A stretch of 64,000 bases of DNA, taken from NCBI GenBank assembly GCA_013265495.1, contig MU057801.1:3006765-3070764 (forward strand), written 5' to 3'. Position 1 is the first letter of the stretch. The number at the start of each line of letters is the position of its first letter. Shown here piece after piece: positions 1 to 11,692 of this stretch. The position numbers were made by a program, and so were the translations under genes. The notes under the pieces were generated by a model, which worked only from the letters and a program-made list of their open reading frames with translations, was not told the DNA's origin and made no database searches. The stretch is from Vicugna vicugna (Eukaryota).

Positions 1-720
1 AGCTCCTGCGCCGTGGGAATCTCCTTCAGAGCGCGTCCCCTGCAGGAACGACGCCAGCGGCCGCTCGCAGAGCCCGCCCGGCCGCGCCCCGCGCCCGCCC
101 GCCGGCCGCTGAGCCGAGGCTCCGGAGCGCCGGCCCCGCCGCGCCCACCCCGCCCCCCAGGGTCTCGGGGGTGCGGGCCCCAGACCCGAGGCGGAGCGAG
201 GCGCGGGGCCCTGGCACCAGGTCCGCACTAGCCCACCCTCGGCGCCCGCTCACCTGGGGGCCGGGGCGCCTCCGGTTCCGCCCGCACGCGGACAGGACGA
301 GATCGCCGGGCGGGCGCTCGCCTCCCGGCCGCGTCCCGCCGCCGCTCTTTGTGTCTGGAGGCCCTGGCGCCGCGCTCCTCCCGGTCCGCAGGCGCCGCGC
401 TGCTTGGGGCGCGGGCTGCGGGGCGGGGCCGGGTGGTGGGTGGGGCTGGCGGGCGGGGCCAGAGGCCGCAGGGCCAAGGCAGGGGCGGGGCCGGAGCGGA
501 ATCGGCGTAGGTGGGCCGTACCCGGGGCCACCGTGCGGGAGGCGGGGCGTGGCCGGGGCGGAATGGGCGGGGCCGGGCGGGGACCTGGGGCCCGTGGGGC
601 GCACGGGGCCGGTGGGGCCGCGTGGGAAGAGTGCGGGGTGGCTACTCGAGAGCCGACGGGGTCCCCGCAGACCGGGGTGGGTCTCGGGAAAAGTTTAGAG
701 CCCCAGGGAGTGAACCCTGG
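1..720. promoter_or_regulatory. NINL: CpG island/promoter, probably of NINL (minus strand), with a putative non-coding first exon ending at donor CAG|GTGAGC (exon end 254)
   Basis: Very GC/CpG-rich, with several GC boxes (GGGGCGGGG at about 420, 482, 543, 565) and a consensus minus-strand splice donor at 248-256. Gene identity rests only on the known NINL-NANP tandem arrangement in mammals; no NINL coding sequence is in the window. Confidence 0.6.
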
Positions 721-859
721 GGCTGACCTCGCTGATCTGTGTGAGTGATGCTCCCTTCACAGGTCTTGGCCTGGCATCTTCCTCCGGTAACAACCCCGGG
801 AGGTTGGTCAGGCCATACCCCAATTCGCAGTTGAGACACTTTAGGTTATTGCCTTCCAT

Positions 860-990
860 CATGTATTCAATCAATAAATATTTACTGAGCACCTACTAAT
901 GCCAGGCATTGTCCTAGAGGCTGAGAACAGAGCAGTGACAATGAGCATAGGGAGTTGGCAAAAAAAAATCCCTGCCCCTGGGCGGGGAGA
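860..990 (-). mobile_element. L2 LINE 3' end fragment
   Basis: ttcaatcaataaatatttactgagcacctacta...ccaggcattgtcctagaggctg is the typical antisense L2 tail. Confidence 0.7.
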
Positions 991-3254
991 GTATAGCTAA
1001 ACCAAATACCCCTGTACCTGAAGAAACTGTCTTTCCTACAATACTTACACCCACTGGGTCCTGGGCACCACTGTATCTAAGATGCTTGTGCATCTTAGAT
1101 GGTACATACATGTATGAGATCAGAAACCGTCCACCTCCATCAGTATTCCAGGTACAGTGCACTCTAGGCCTTCCTCTGTACAGTGTTTGGGGGAGCCTGT
1201 GGACAACTGAGAATTTATGGCTTTCTGAGTATACCACTATGAGGAATCTACAGATAAAAAACAGACAAAACATCATTGTTAAATCACTTTTTTAATCTTA
1301 AGAAATATTACTCTAAAACAAAAACATCATTAAGAAAATAATAGGTCATTCCAAGATTTCTTAATATCTTCTGTAACATTCCACTCAGAAGGCAGAAAAT
1401 CACAAAGTTCTTCCCTAAGGAAGGGTGCAAATGGAATGTAATACTGCATTACCACATTGTCTAGAATACAAACTGAAGACGAGGAAACTCAGTTATATCA
1501 TTCCCCCCAGCTCACTTCTGCGGAAGAACGGCAGCTCGACATCCTGGGTGCTCTGAACGCGGCCCACAGCTGTGACCTTGGATCAGTGATCCCGGTGATC
1601 CTCCTCAGTCAGCATTAAGGATGCGCCGTGCTTACACTTGTCCTGTGGCAGGCGTCCTCCGCATCACACTCCGATCCACCACAGAAATCACGCACACAAC
1701 TATTCTTCTGTCACGATCCTCCTACCTAACAATTTTAAACCAGCTAAGGTAGAACTGAGGTCACATAGGCACCGCGCCAGGAAGAGCTACATGGGAACCA
1801 CTCCCTGTTCACAAACATCCAGCTTCAGAGTGACAGCACCCTGGACAGGCAAGGGCACAGTCACATTTTAAAAAAGGAAGAGTGAGAAGTCAACAGGCGT
1901 AAGCACCAGTGGCAGAGAATCCTGCTCTTGGCAGGATGCTTGAAGGAGCCACGGCTGTATGTATCCTAGCAATCTAACATTTTACACTGGTAGTTCCTTA
2001 CACAAAAGTAAAAAAAAAAAAAAAAAAAAAACCCACATAATTTTTTTCCTTAATTAACAGTTTTACTCCAAGTTTGGCTGGTAAAATCATGAGACTTGCT
2101 AGCCTAATGGTCTTGAGAAAATTTTCTAGTTGCAAGATGCCTCACTATGGAGTCATTAATTAGTAGGCTCAAAGCAAACCCTGAATTGGATGAATTTGTG
2201 AAACAATGATGTATTTCCCCAAATTTGAAAAACAGGAGATTGAAGGCGGATGTTAACACCAAACAAAGCCCAGGAGGTGTTAAAATGGCACCCTGGAACT
2301 GGTTCGCAGCAAAACCTAGTTTTCTACTAGTTCTCATCACGTGGTTGAGCTCTTCAGTTAGCAGACGACGGGTAGGGCAGCAGGATTAGCAGCACCAAAC
2401 AATTCCCCTCCGATGTAGCCACAGAAGGGAAAAGACTTCTGGTGCCAAGTGCTGGCTCTCATCCTTAGCAAAGCAGGCCAGTCCCTCAATCCCACTGCGT
2501 GCCTGGGAGAGACAGCAACAGTAGTTCCATGAGAGGCAAAGACTAACAGGAACCTCAAAGCTCACTCAGGAAAGACGTGAAAGTATCATGGAAAAGGAGC
2601 ACCATGCTGCTGATTTTAACAGCTTTTTTACCGGAGGAATTTGTTGGTCATGTCTACAGCATAGGAAATTACCCCCCTGCAAAGGAAATGCAGAAAAATT
2701 AGATTCATAGGAGGGGTATACATTCAGAGTAGGGAAAAATATGGTGCATGTTATAAAAACAGAAAATATGAAAATCATTTCACTATGAAATGTCTGGATT
2801 TGCATGTGACTTGGTATTTATTTCATATTAACCAGATCCAACTGCTCTAATAAATCTCTATCATATATGTTTTAGAATACCTATTTTTTAAAAAAATACA
2901 TTTTCAAGCCAAAACATAAAATCTGTATTTGTGTGTCCATGTATAAGTTATCCTCCCTGGTATCTTCCTGGATCCAAGATGCTAAGAGATTAATAAAATA
3001 ATTTTTTAAAAAATCTCAAGCCACAGATTAACAAATAGACTTCCTCAAGTTTTCTGGATGACACCACTAAAAGTAACTTGTATTAATGCACTCTGAATTT
3101 TCAGGTATAAATACCAGTCAATGGTTGGCTGGCCATTAAATGACAAGTATAATTATTCCAGAACTGGGTCATAGTATATAGAATGCCTTAACTTTTCTTA
3201 GGTGAAGCTCTGTAATTTGACCCTAAAATTCCTAAGCACGCCCCTTTCTGTGCT

Positions 3255-3911
3255 CTAAGCTGACACACTGACTCTGCAGTCTATACTCTGTAAGAGAGCA
3301 GGTAATTCCAGCACAGAAGAAACTATATAATGCGGCATGGGGGATGACTTCAATGGCACTGTTCCATTTCTGTTTATCCAGACCGTTGCTTTCAGCCCGG
3401 CATTGAGGCCTCCTTGAATATCGGTTTCTAGGGTGTCCCCAACCATCACGCAGTCCCCAGGCTGGACTCCCAGAAGATCACACGAGTAATAAAATATGGA
3501 AGGGGCTGGTTTCTCCTCTTCCTGTTCTCCACCTACAACAATAGCATCGAAATAGGACTGACAGGCACAAGCCTCGATCTTCTCCCTCTGTGTCTGTCTT
3601 TCTCCATTTGTTAATAAAAGCAGGCGGACTTCCTTCCGAAGTTCAGTGAGCATGGCTTTGACATCTTCCGCTAGTGTCATATGCTGTAAACGTGTAGATT
3701 TCCACAGGAAATAACATTCTTCGGCCAATTTCCTATTGGCTGCACCACCTTTTGTTTCCTGGATCGCTTCCTCCCAGTGTGAAGTCCTTAGGTCAGTAAT
3801 GCAAGTATTGGAAGGATGGAAACACTCCTTGCTGAGTTTGACCTGAACTTTGTCACAGATGATTTCGGCCTCTTCTTTGTACTGGTATTTTGATTGTAAG
3901 AGCTTTATCAC
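3255..3911 (-). CDS. NANP: N-acylneuraminate-9-phosphatase (HAD family), coding exon 2
   Basis: Acceptor ttag|GTG at 3912/3911. Translation VIKLLQSKY...LLLLTNG...KPAPSIF...MVGDTLETDIQGG contains HAD motifs II-IV. Stop TAG at 3257-3255. Joins exon 1 in phase 0 to give 248 aa. Confidence 0.98.
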   Translation of the reverse strand: MIKLLQSKYQYKEEAEIICDKVQVKLSKECFHPSNTCITDLRTSHWEEAIQETKGGAANRKLAEECYFLWKSTRLQHMTLAEDVKAMLTELRKEVRLLLLTNGERQTQREKIEACACQSYFDAIVVGGEQEEEKPAPSIFYYSCDLLGVQPGDCVMVGDTLETDIQGGLNAGLKATVWINRNGTVPLKSSPMPHYIVSSVLELPALLQSIDCRVSVSA

Positions 3912-4089
3912 CTAAATAAGGGAAAATAACTCCATCAGCATACTCCATGTCTTTAACACTCATGCCCTGAGAAGCTGTGAGGCTACAAACCCAGAGCAGA
4001 GACAGATTTTAACTCCACTCCTCTGTCTTAAAGAAGCTCTATTACCATACCATTTCTGGTGGGAATTCGTCTTAATTTTCCCCCAATTC

Positions 4090-4235
4090 TTTGTTTGTTT
4101 GTTTTTTGGGGGGAAGGTAATTAGGTTTGTGTATGTATGTAGGTACGTATGTATTTATTAATGGAGGCATTGGGGTTTGAACCCAGGATCTCGTGCCTGC
4201 TAAGCTCGCTCTACCAAGGAGCGACATCCTCCCCC
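4090..4235 (-). mobile_element. tRNA-derived SINE (camelid vic-1 type)
   Basis: Reverse complement shows an A-box/B-box tRNA-like head (...cacgagatcctgggttcaaacccc) followed by a simple-repeat tail and a taattaccttcccc body. Confidence 0.85.
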
Positions 4236-4410
4236 TAAACTGGTCTTATTTTTAAAGACTACCAGAGTGAAGATCTCTCAGCCTCTCTAGTCTTTGTCTT
4301 AAGTCTACTGTCTTTCATTCTGGTCATGAACATATAAAAATAAAACGACTTATATTTAGTAAAACATTCAAACTTCCTTTTTTTTTTCTAAAGGTTCCAC
4401 CCTTCTCCTC

Positions 4411-4552
4411 TTTTTATTTATTTTTAAAATTTATTTTGGGAGGAGGTAAGTAGCTTTTTTAAATTTATTTTTTAATGCAGGTACTGACGATTGAACCCAC
4501 GACCTTGTGCGTACTAAGCACACACTCTACCACTGAGCTACACCCTTTCCCC
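4411..4552 (-). mobile_element. tRNA-derived SINE (vic-1 type)
   Basis: Reverse complement reads ggggaaagggtgtagctcagtggtagagtgtgtgcttagtacgcacaaggtcgtgggttcaatcg plus an A-rich tail. Confidence 0.85.
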
Positions 4553-5635
4553 TTTTAAAATGTTTAACAACTAATACTTAGACGCTTCCCAGAAATACCA
4601 CTAGTTCACCTAACCTTTCCTCTCCTTATGTTTTGGAGGCCTAAGTTAACACCATACAAAAGGGGACCCAACGCTATACTTGTAAAAACATGTGTGTGTA
4701 CCTCTAATGGAATCAAGCATGTTCAGTGATTTCAGCAGTTTAATGCCAGTGCTTCTCCCAAACTTAGCTTTCGAGAGTAAAAAACCTCAAGTAGTTCTGA
4801 GTCCCTCTCTTGGCCACACGGGCTCTGGACCCCTTATCACAGCCCCTTTTGTGCTCGCACAGCTCCTTCCTGGTTGTTTGTTAGCAGGTTCTTATCCCCT
4901 TGGCCTGTCTCCTAGCATTTACCAAGACCCTAACTTGGCAGCAGGATGCCCAAGGCTCAAATACATTGTTTCTGATCTTGTCTACACTCTGCAAGGGAGA
5001 TCCCTTTTAGAGATGAGGGACTGGAAGGTCAGGACTGTTAATAACTGGCCCCAGCTGAGGTTTAACCACATACTTGCCTACCTCCAAGGCCGTACGCTTG
5101 CCTTTGCACTACTGGACCAGGCACTGGAGACTGGACATCATGACCCCATCTGGTGGGGAAAATCACCACCGCAAATGCTGGGCTGAGTGCCTTGACAGGC
5201 ACACGAAAAACTGCGGAAATAAGGAGCAATCCTAGGGTCGTCGGGCATGGAAGGCAGAGAAGGCACCTTTAAACCAAGGAGTTACCGAGCCTTGAAGGTG
5301 GAGATGGGAGGAGGTTTGAATCATTCCAGACATAACAACAGCACAACGACAGAACCTGGAATTTTGTGAACTGGGAAAGGCAGCTGAGTTCAGGCACAAT
5401 GGAAGGCATGTGAAGGAGACGCTAAGAGGTGAGGCTGGAGAGGCTGCAGCGGATGCTGCCCCGATTCCCTGGCACGCGCTACCCTACACGTGCCCATGGC
5501 TTCATACCGCATGGACTTGGGCTTCTCTGCCTGAGAACTTCATCTGGCCAAGGGGCACCCATGCATATAGGCTGGAGCCAGAGTATAGCCCTAGAAGCAG
5601 GCCTCAACCAGTTAGAGGCAGAAACTGGTGTACCT

Positions 5636-5866
5636 CCAGTCACAGAGAACAAACTTATGGTTACCAGGGGTAAAGGGAGTGGGAAGGGATAAACTGGGAG
5701 TTTGAAAATTGCATCTCTTGGGGAGTGATGGAAATGTTAGCTATCTTGATTGTGGTGGTGGTTTTGCGGGTGTACACCGCATCTACCAAAATTCACCAAA
5801 TTGTACATTTTAAATATGTGTAGTCTATTGTACAGGAATGATACCACAATAAACATGTTAAAAAAA
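5636..5866 (+). mobile_element. L1 3' end fragment (variant tail)
   Basis: aacaaacttatggttaccagggg...gggataaactgggagtttg, then a tail ending in aataaa and poly-A. A related copy lies at 15352-15660 on the minus strand. Confidence 0.75.
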
Positions 5867-7735
5867 TACTTCTTCCAAGCTTTCAGGATCAAATTTCGAA
5901 AAAAAAGAAAATGAAATGGACATGCCTCTTGGGAGGGTCACGCAAAGCACAAAGCATGTCTGCGTGCTGACTCCCAGCGTTCCCCACTGTTCATACCGTT
6001 CCCTGCTCATTAATACAACCTGTCTGAGATTCCCTCCCTTCCCAGTCTTACTCCGTCACTCCCCTTCCTGGGATCCTACCCTCCGGGAACTACCTGCACT
6101 TGAAGTCCCTGTCTTGGGGACATCTGGAGAAAGGCAACCATGCCAAGCAGATTTTGGATCTTTGCAGATGAGTGCAGTACACTTAACTGGGACTAAAAAT
6201 TGTCTGTTGCTGAAGGAAAGCAGTGAAATAAGTTCAACTGTGTTGCCCTAAACTCTACAGGGAATAAATGAGCTGCTAGTCACGGCAGACACTCTATTCA
6301 CCTCCTGAACAGAGGAACAGCTGAACAGACACATTCTTCCTTCAGAGTATGAGAAGCACGTCACAGGTAAAAGGAACAGTTCTCAGGCTATGTGTGCTGC
6401 TCGGCAAATGTAAGAGTTAAAAAAGGTCCTGCTGGTCCGAGAAAAATGTATCAGCCCTAGGAGTTCTAGACAAAGGTAAAACACTGACACTTGTTGCTTT
6501 TTAAAGTTAAATTTCAATGAACAAATTCAGCTTATTCCATCTTCATAGTGATGTCACCGTCTTTTCTAGCAATGTCAACTGAACTACTCTTGAGGTATGA
6601 CTGCAGGTCACTCTAAAGTCCTTAGCAACACTACTGCCACACAATAAAAGGACACAGGCCTCTAGGACTCCACAGGACTCTTGCTGAAACAGGGCCTGGC
6701 TCAGTTAGTTAGTAAATGAGACTCCCAACAGAGATCCCACTGCCTGTACACCGCAACTGGTGATTCGTTAAGCACATTCTTGGGGCTCTGAAAGAGCAGA
6801 CTGGCTCACCTCAAAGGGGAGACTCTTTGTATAGGCATGGCATATTGCCCCCCCCAAGTTTCAAACCTGTTTCCCAACTTTGCCGTTTTGTCACACAGCG
6901 ACTAGTTACATATTCTTTTAGAATAACAAGCAGCATTTTAGTATCAGTGACATCTTTGGTGGGGGGAGCATTGTGTATCAGTCATTCACATATTACTATT
7001 AGTTCAAACAGAACTAAAGCCTAAGGTGCAAGAGTATATACATGACAGTGAGAACTCCCCAACGTCTGCACTGGGAGAACGGGGTTGTATCTGAACTGGG
7101 GCTGGAGGAAAAAGATCTCGAAGTTAGAGGTATGATGACATTTTCTACTTCAAAACTCTACTTAAGGGTAGAAACACAAAAAAAGGAAACTCTTCTACCT
7201 CTGGCTCTCTGGACCCAGAATTAAATTTAATCCTATCAGTACTAATGCTTAGCTGTGATTTAAGAAGACTTTTTGAGGGCTAGTGTGGGAACCATGTAAC
7301 ATTTTATAGCATATGATTATCATATGAAGTGGCTGAATTCCAAATGACACTAATTTAAAAAGACATGCTCACAAAGCATGACGGCTGCATACAGACTAAC
7401 AATTCAAGTGACGTTTGTTATTTTTAGTTCAAGTCTTTATTTAAAAATCATCTACTCAGTGAGGCCTGATCTGACCAACCTATTTTAAAATTTTAATTTT
7501 CTCCCCTCCATTTTTTCTAATACACTTATAAATATAAGCACGTTTATTATGTTCACTGTCATCCCCACTAGATAGTAAACTCAAAAACACAGAAATCTTT
7601 TTTGCTTTTCTGTAAAAGGCTTCCTAATTTTCTATAGAAGGCTTCCTCTTGAATAGTGACATTGAAAGACAGACCTGAAGAGGGTAGAAAGAAATAACTT
7701 TCCCAGATGATCAAAAAAAAAAAAAAAGTTAGAAC

Positions 7736-9518
7736 TGCCAAAGCATTACTGAAGAAAAAAGAATGAAGCTGGAGGAATAACCCCCCCTAGACTTCAGACA
7801 ATACTACAGAGCTACAGTCATCCATGGTATTGGTACAAAAACAGGCACATGGATCAGTGGAACAGAATAGAGCCCAGAAACAAACCCACAAATTTCTGGT
7901 CAATTAATCTTTGACAAAGGAGGCAAGAACATAATACAATGGAATAAAGACAGTCTCTTCAGCAAACAGTGTTGGGAAAATTGGACAGCTGCATGTAAAT
8001 CAATGAAGTTAGAATACTCCCTCACACCATACACAAAAATAAACTCAAAATGGCTTAAAGACTTAACCATAAGACAAGACACAATAAACCTCCTAGAAGA
8101 AAACATAGACAAAACATTATCTCACATACAAATGCTGTCCTAGTCTACTCAAGCAATAGAAATAGGAGCAAAAATAAACAAATGGGACCTAATTAAACTT
8201 ACAAGCTTTTGCACAGCAAAGGAAACCATAAGCAAAACAACTACCTATGGAATAGAAGAAAATATTTGCAAAAGATGAGACTGACAAGGGCTTGATCTCC
8301 AAAATATATAAACAGCTCATATGACTTAATTAGAAAAAAAAACAAACAACCCAATCCAAAAATGGGCAGAAGACATAAACAAGCAATTCTCCAATGAAGA
8401 CATACAAACGGCCAACGGGCACATGAAAAATGTTCAATGTCGCTAACTATCAGAGAAAAGCAAATGAAAACTACAATGAGGTATCACCTCACACCAGTCA
8501 GAATGGCCATCATTCAAAAGTCCACAAATGACAAATGCTGGAGAGGGTGTGGAGAAAAGGGAACCTTCCTACACTGTTGGTGGAAAACAGATCCAAAAAT
8601 GGGCAGAAGACATAAACAAGCAATTCTCCAATGAAGACATACAAACGGCCAACGGGCACATGAAAAATGTTCAATGTTGCTAACTATCAGAGAAAAGCAA
8701 ATGAAAACTACAATGAGCTATCACCTCACACCAGTCAGAATGGCCATCATTCAAAAGTCCACAAATGACAAATGCTGGAGAGGGTGTGGAGAAAAGAGAA
8801 CCTTCCTACACTGTTGGTGGAAAACAGTACAGAGATTCCTCAAAAGACTAAAAATAGACTTATCATTTGATCCAGCAATCCCACTCCTGGGCATATATCC
8901 AGAGGAACCTTAATTCAAAAAGACACCTGTGCCCCAATGATCATAGCAGCACTATTTACAATAGCCAAGACATGGAAATGAACTAAATGTCCCTCAACAG
9001 CTGACTGGATAAAGAAGTTGTGGTATATTTACATAATGGAATACTACTCAGCCATAAAAACGACAACATAACATCATTTGCAGCAACATGGATGTCCCTG
9101 GAGAATGTCATTCTACGTGAAGTAAGCCAAAAGAGAAAGAAAAATACTATATGAGATTTCTCATATGTGGAATCTAAAAAAACAAAAAAAAAAAGAGAAG
9201 AAAAAGTAGTGAACATAAATACAAAACAGGAATAGACTCATAGACATAGAATACAAACTTCTGGTTGCCGGGGGGAGGGAGGTGGGAAGGGACAGACTGG
9301 GAGTTTGAAATTTGTAGATACTGACAGGTATATATAGAATAGATAAACAAGATTATACTGTACAGCACAGGGAAATATATACAAGATGTCGTAGCTCACA
9401 GTGAAAAAGAATGCAACAATGTATATGTGTATGTTCATGTATGACTGAAAAATTGTGCCCTACACTGGAATTTGACACATTGTAAACCAACTATAACCCA
9501 ATAAAATAAAAATTTTTT
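7736..9518 (+). mobile_element. 5'-truncated L1 (ORF2 3' part + 3'UTR) in the NANP intron, with 13-bp TSD
   Basis: ORF2 C-terminal peptides ([22 protein letters not shown]), an L1 3'UTR, an aataaaataaaa tail, and TSD aaaaagttagaac at 7723-7735 and 9519-9531. Confidence 0.95.
8354..8827 (+). repeat. Tandem duplication, 2 x 237 bp, inside the L1
   Basis: 8354-8590 and 8591-8827 are identical apart from 3 substitutions I could see. Confidence 0.95.
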
Positions 9519-11342
9519 AAAAAGTTAGAACGGATATAAACAATCTGTATGACTCCTCCCCAAGCCGCAGGCAATGGCTGGACCTTTCCCCCTTCCTGCT
9601 TCATAAATCATTCAGATTTAGGAAAGCTGACATGTTACTTTTGAACAGGCCAACATTTATGGGTGTTGTGTTCTTATGTGATAAAGTGATCCTCGTATAG
9701 TTAATTCTGCACATTTCATAGGATATTCATAAAGGAAATGGTAACAGAACCAAGTCTGGAGAAATGGAGAACCATCCACCCAGCATTCATTCAACATTTA
9801 CCATGTTTCAAACATGATGAATAAGACAATTTTTCCCTCTTAAGAGTTTTTCCCTCACTATTTAGTTGTAGGCATCTCAGTTGCAAAAAATAACTGCAAC
9901 ATCCTTTGACAAGTGCATTAAAAGATATCTGAACAAAATACAGAGCTGGTATAAGGGAGGGTGTAAAGACCAGGGAGGAATACCATCTGATTTTTGTTTT
10001 GGAAATTTCACTGTGGTAGGAATGTAGAGGAAAAACTGGATGTGATAAGCCTGGAATCAAGGCAGCAACAGTCTCAATGACAGACACGCCCAGTTTTAAC
10101 TAAGACAAGGTCAGGGTTAGGGGCAGACTGGGTGACAAGGCGGATGGCAGCACAAATCTGAAACACTGGATACTATGTACTTCCCACACATTATATTAAA
10201 CCTAGTTGACAGGGTTACTGAGGACTAATATCACAATTCAAATTTTATAATGAAGATTTGAGACTTTGATGGTTAACTTGTTCAGGTGCTTTGAGCTAGG
10301 TAATGAGAGCTGTGATTCAAACTAAAACGTCTGATTTTAATGCCTAAACTCTTGGTCTATATCAAGAATTCGACTAAAACAAGCATTTAATCACAAAACA
10401 CTGGATGCGGCCTGCCAAGTACATGTAGGTAAACGTGTACTGTCTGCAGTTAGAGATACTGGAGGCAAGACAGCACAGGGTGACGCCCCTGGGGTCAGCA
10501 CCAAAGGCATGGGGATGGAAGGGATGGTCAACAGTGTTTAATGCTTCAGTGAAGCCAGTCAGACAGACTAACGTCCAGTGATTCTGGCAATTTGGTAAGT
10601 GCCTAAGGACGGTGAGTCTACTTCGTTCCAGAGGCAAAAACAAAAGATACATTGTAAAGGATTTGTGAATAAGCAGGAAGTAGAAACATGGAGATAATGG
10701 GTACAGATTTGTCTTCAAACACATGGCTGTCAAGAGAGGTAAAATCTTGTAGCAGAAGGGGCCAAGGGGGGCGTTCTTTTTAAAGTATTGGACAGGTCTG
10801 AACGCGCAGCAGGGGCGGAATGCACCAAGGAAGGGTGAAGACGCTGAGGGTTAGGGAGATAAAAACCTCAGGGTTGGAAGGATTAGTTGCTGAGAGTGGG
10901 TTTTTCCGATCTGATAACCCTCAGTTTTCTCCTTGAAGCTGAAGGCAGAGGAAAGAAAGCAGGGCTGGCTTAGCGGCTCGAAGAGCACAGGAGGTCTGAA
11001 AGAGCACCAGTGGGCGCAGAGGAGAGGCCGCTGCTGAGCAAGCCCCGCGAAGCTCGGACCGGAGCTGAGCGTCCCCTCAGCAACCTCCAGAGGGCCACGC
11101 CCCCGGCAGGGACAGCGGGGGGCTTCCCGCGGAGGAAACTCGAGTCACCAGAAGAAAGGCCTGCCTCCCGGGTCCAGCGAAGACCACCCTCCCACGGTCA
11201 GTCCCGGCAGAACGCCAGGCCTCGCGGAGCGGCCGCCCTCCGTGCGCGGGGGCGACTCTGCCCTCGTGGCAGCTCAGCGACATCCTTCCGGCCGCCCGAG
11301 CGCCGGGCGCGCCGTCAGCCCCCGCCCCCGCTCCGCCCGCGC

Positions 11343-11483
11343 GGGGGGAACCAGGGCCTCCGGGACGGGAGCCCCCACCCCGGGGGGAGCCAGGGCCTCC
11401 GGGACGGGAGCCCCCACCCCGGGGGGAGCCAGGGCCTCCGGGACGAGAGCCCCCACCCCGGGGGGAACCAGGGCCTCCGGGAC
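11343..11483. repeat. GC-rich 39-bp minisatellite, about 3.6 copies, NANP intron 1
   Basis: Unit ggggggaaccagggcctccgggacgggagcccccacccc, visible as 13-aa repeats (GGxQGLRDxSPHP) in the ORF track. Confidence 0.95.
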
Positions 11484-11602
11484 CAAGGGCCTTCGGGAAC
11501 CAGGAGCCCCGGCGCCAAGCAAGCCAACAGGGCAGTGGGCCGGGGCCTGAGGGGTCGAGGGCGCCTGGTACGCCGGAGGGGGCGCGGGAGCCGGGACGTT
11601 AC

Positions 11603-11692
11603 CTCCAACATGCCCTTCCGACTCGCCCCGGCCGTGTCGATGAGCGTGTTGTCCAGGTCGAAGAAGACCGCCCGCACCCGGCTCAGCCCCAT
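11603..11692 (-). CDS. NANP: N-acylneuraminate-9-phosphatase, coding exon 1 (30 codons)
   Basis: MGLSRVRAVFFDLDNTLIDTAGASRKGMLE with HAD motif I (DLDNT). Donor GAG|GTAACG at 11603/11602. Confidence 0.98.

Noticed and set aside
13..748. Multiple overlapping ORFs in the left CpG island
   Set aside because: GC-content artefacts with no recognisable protein.
4692..5186. 164-aa ORF within the NANP intron
   Set aside because: GTG start, antisense intronic, and no recognisable motif.
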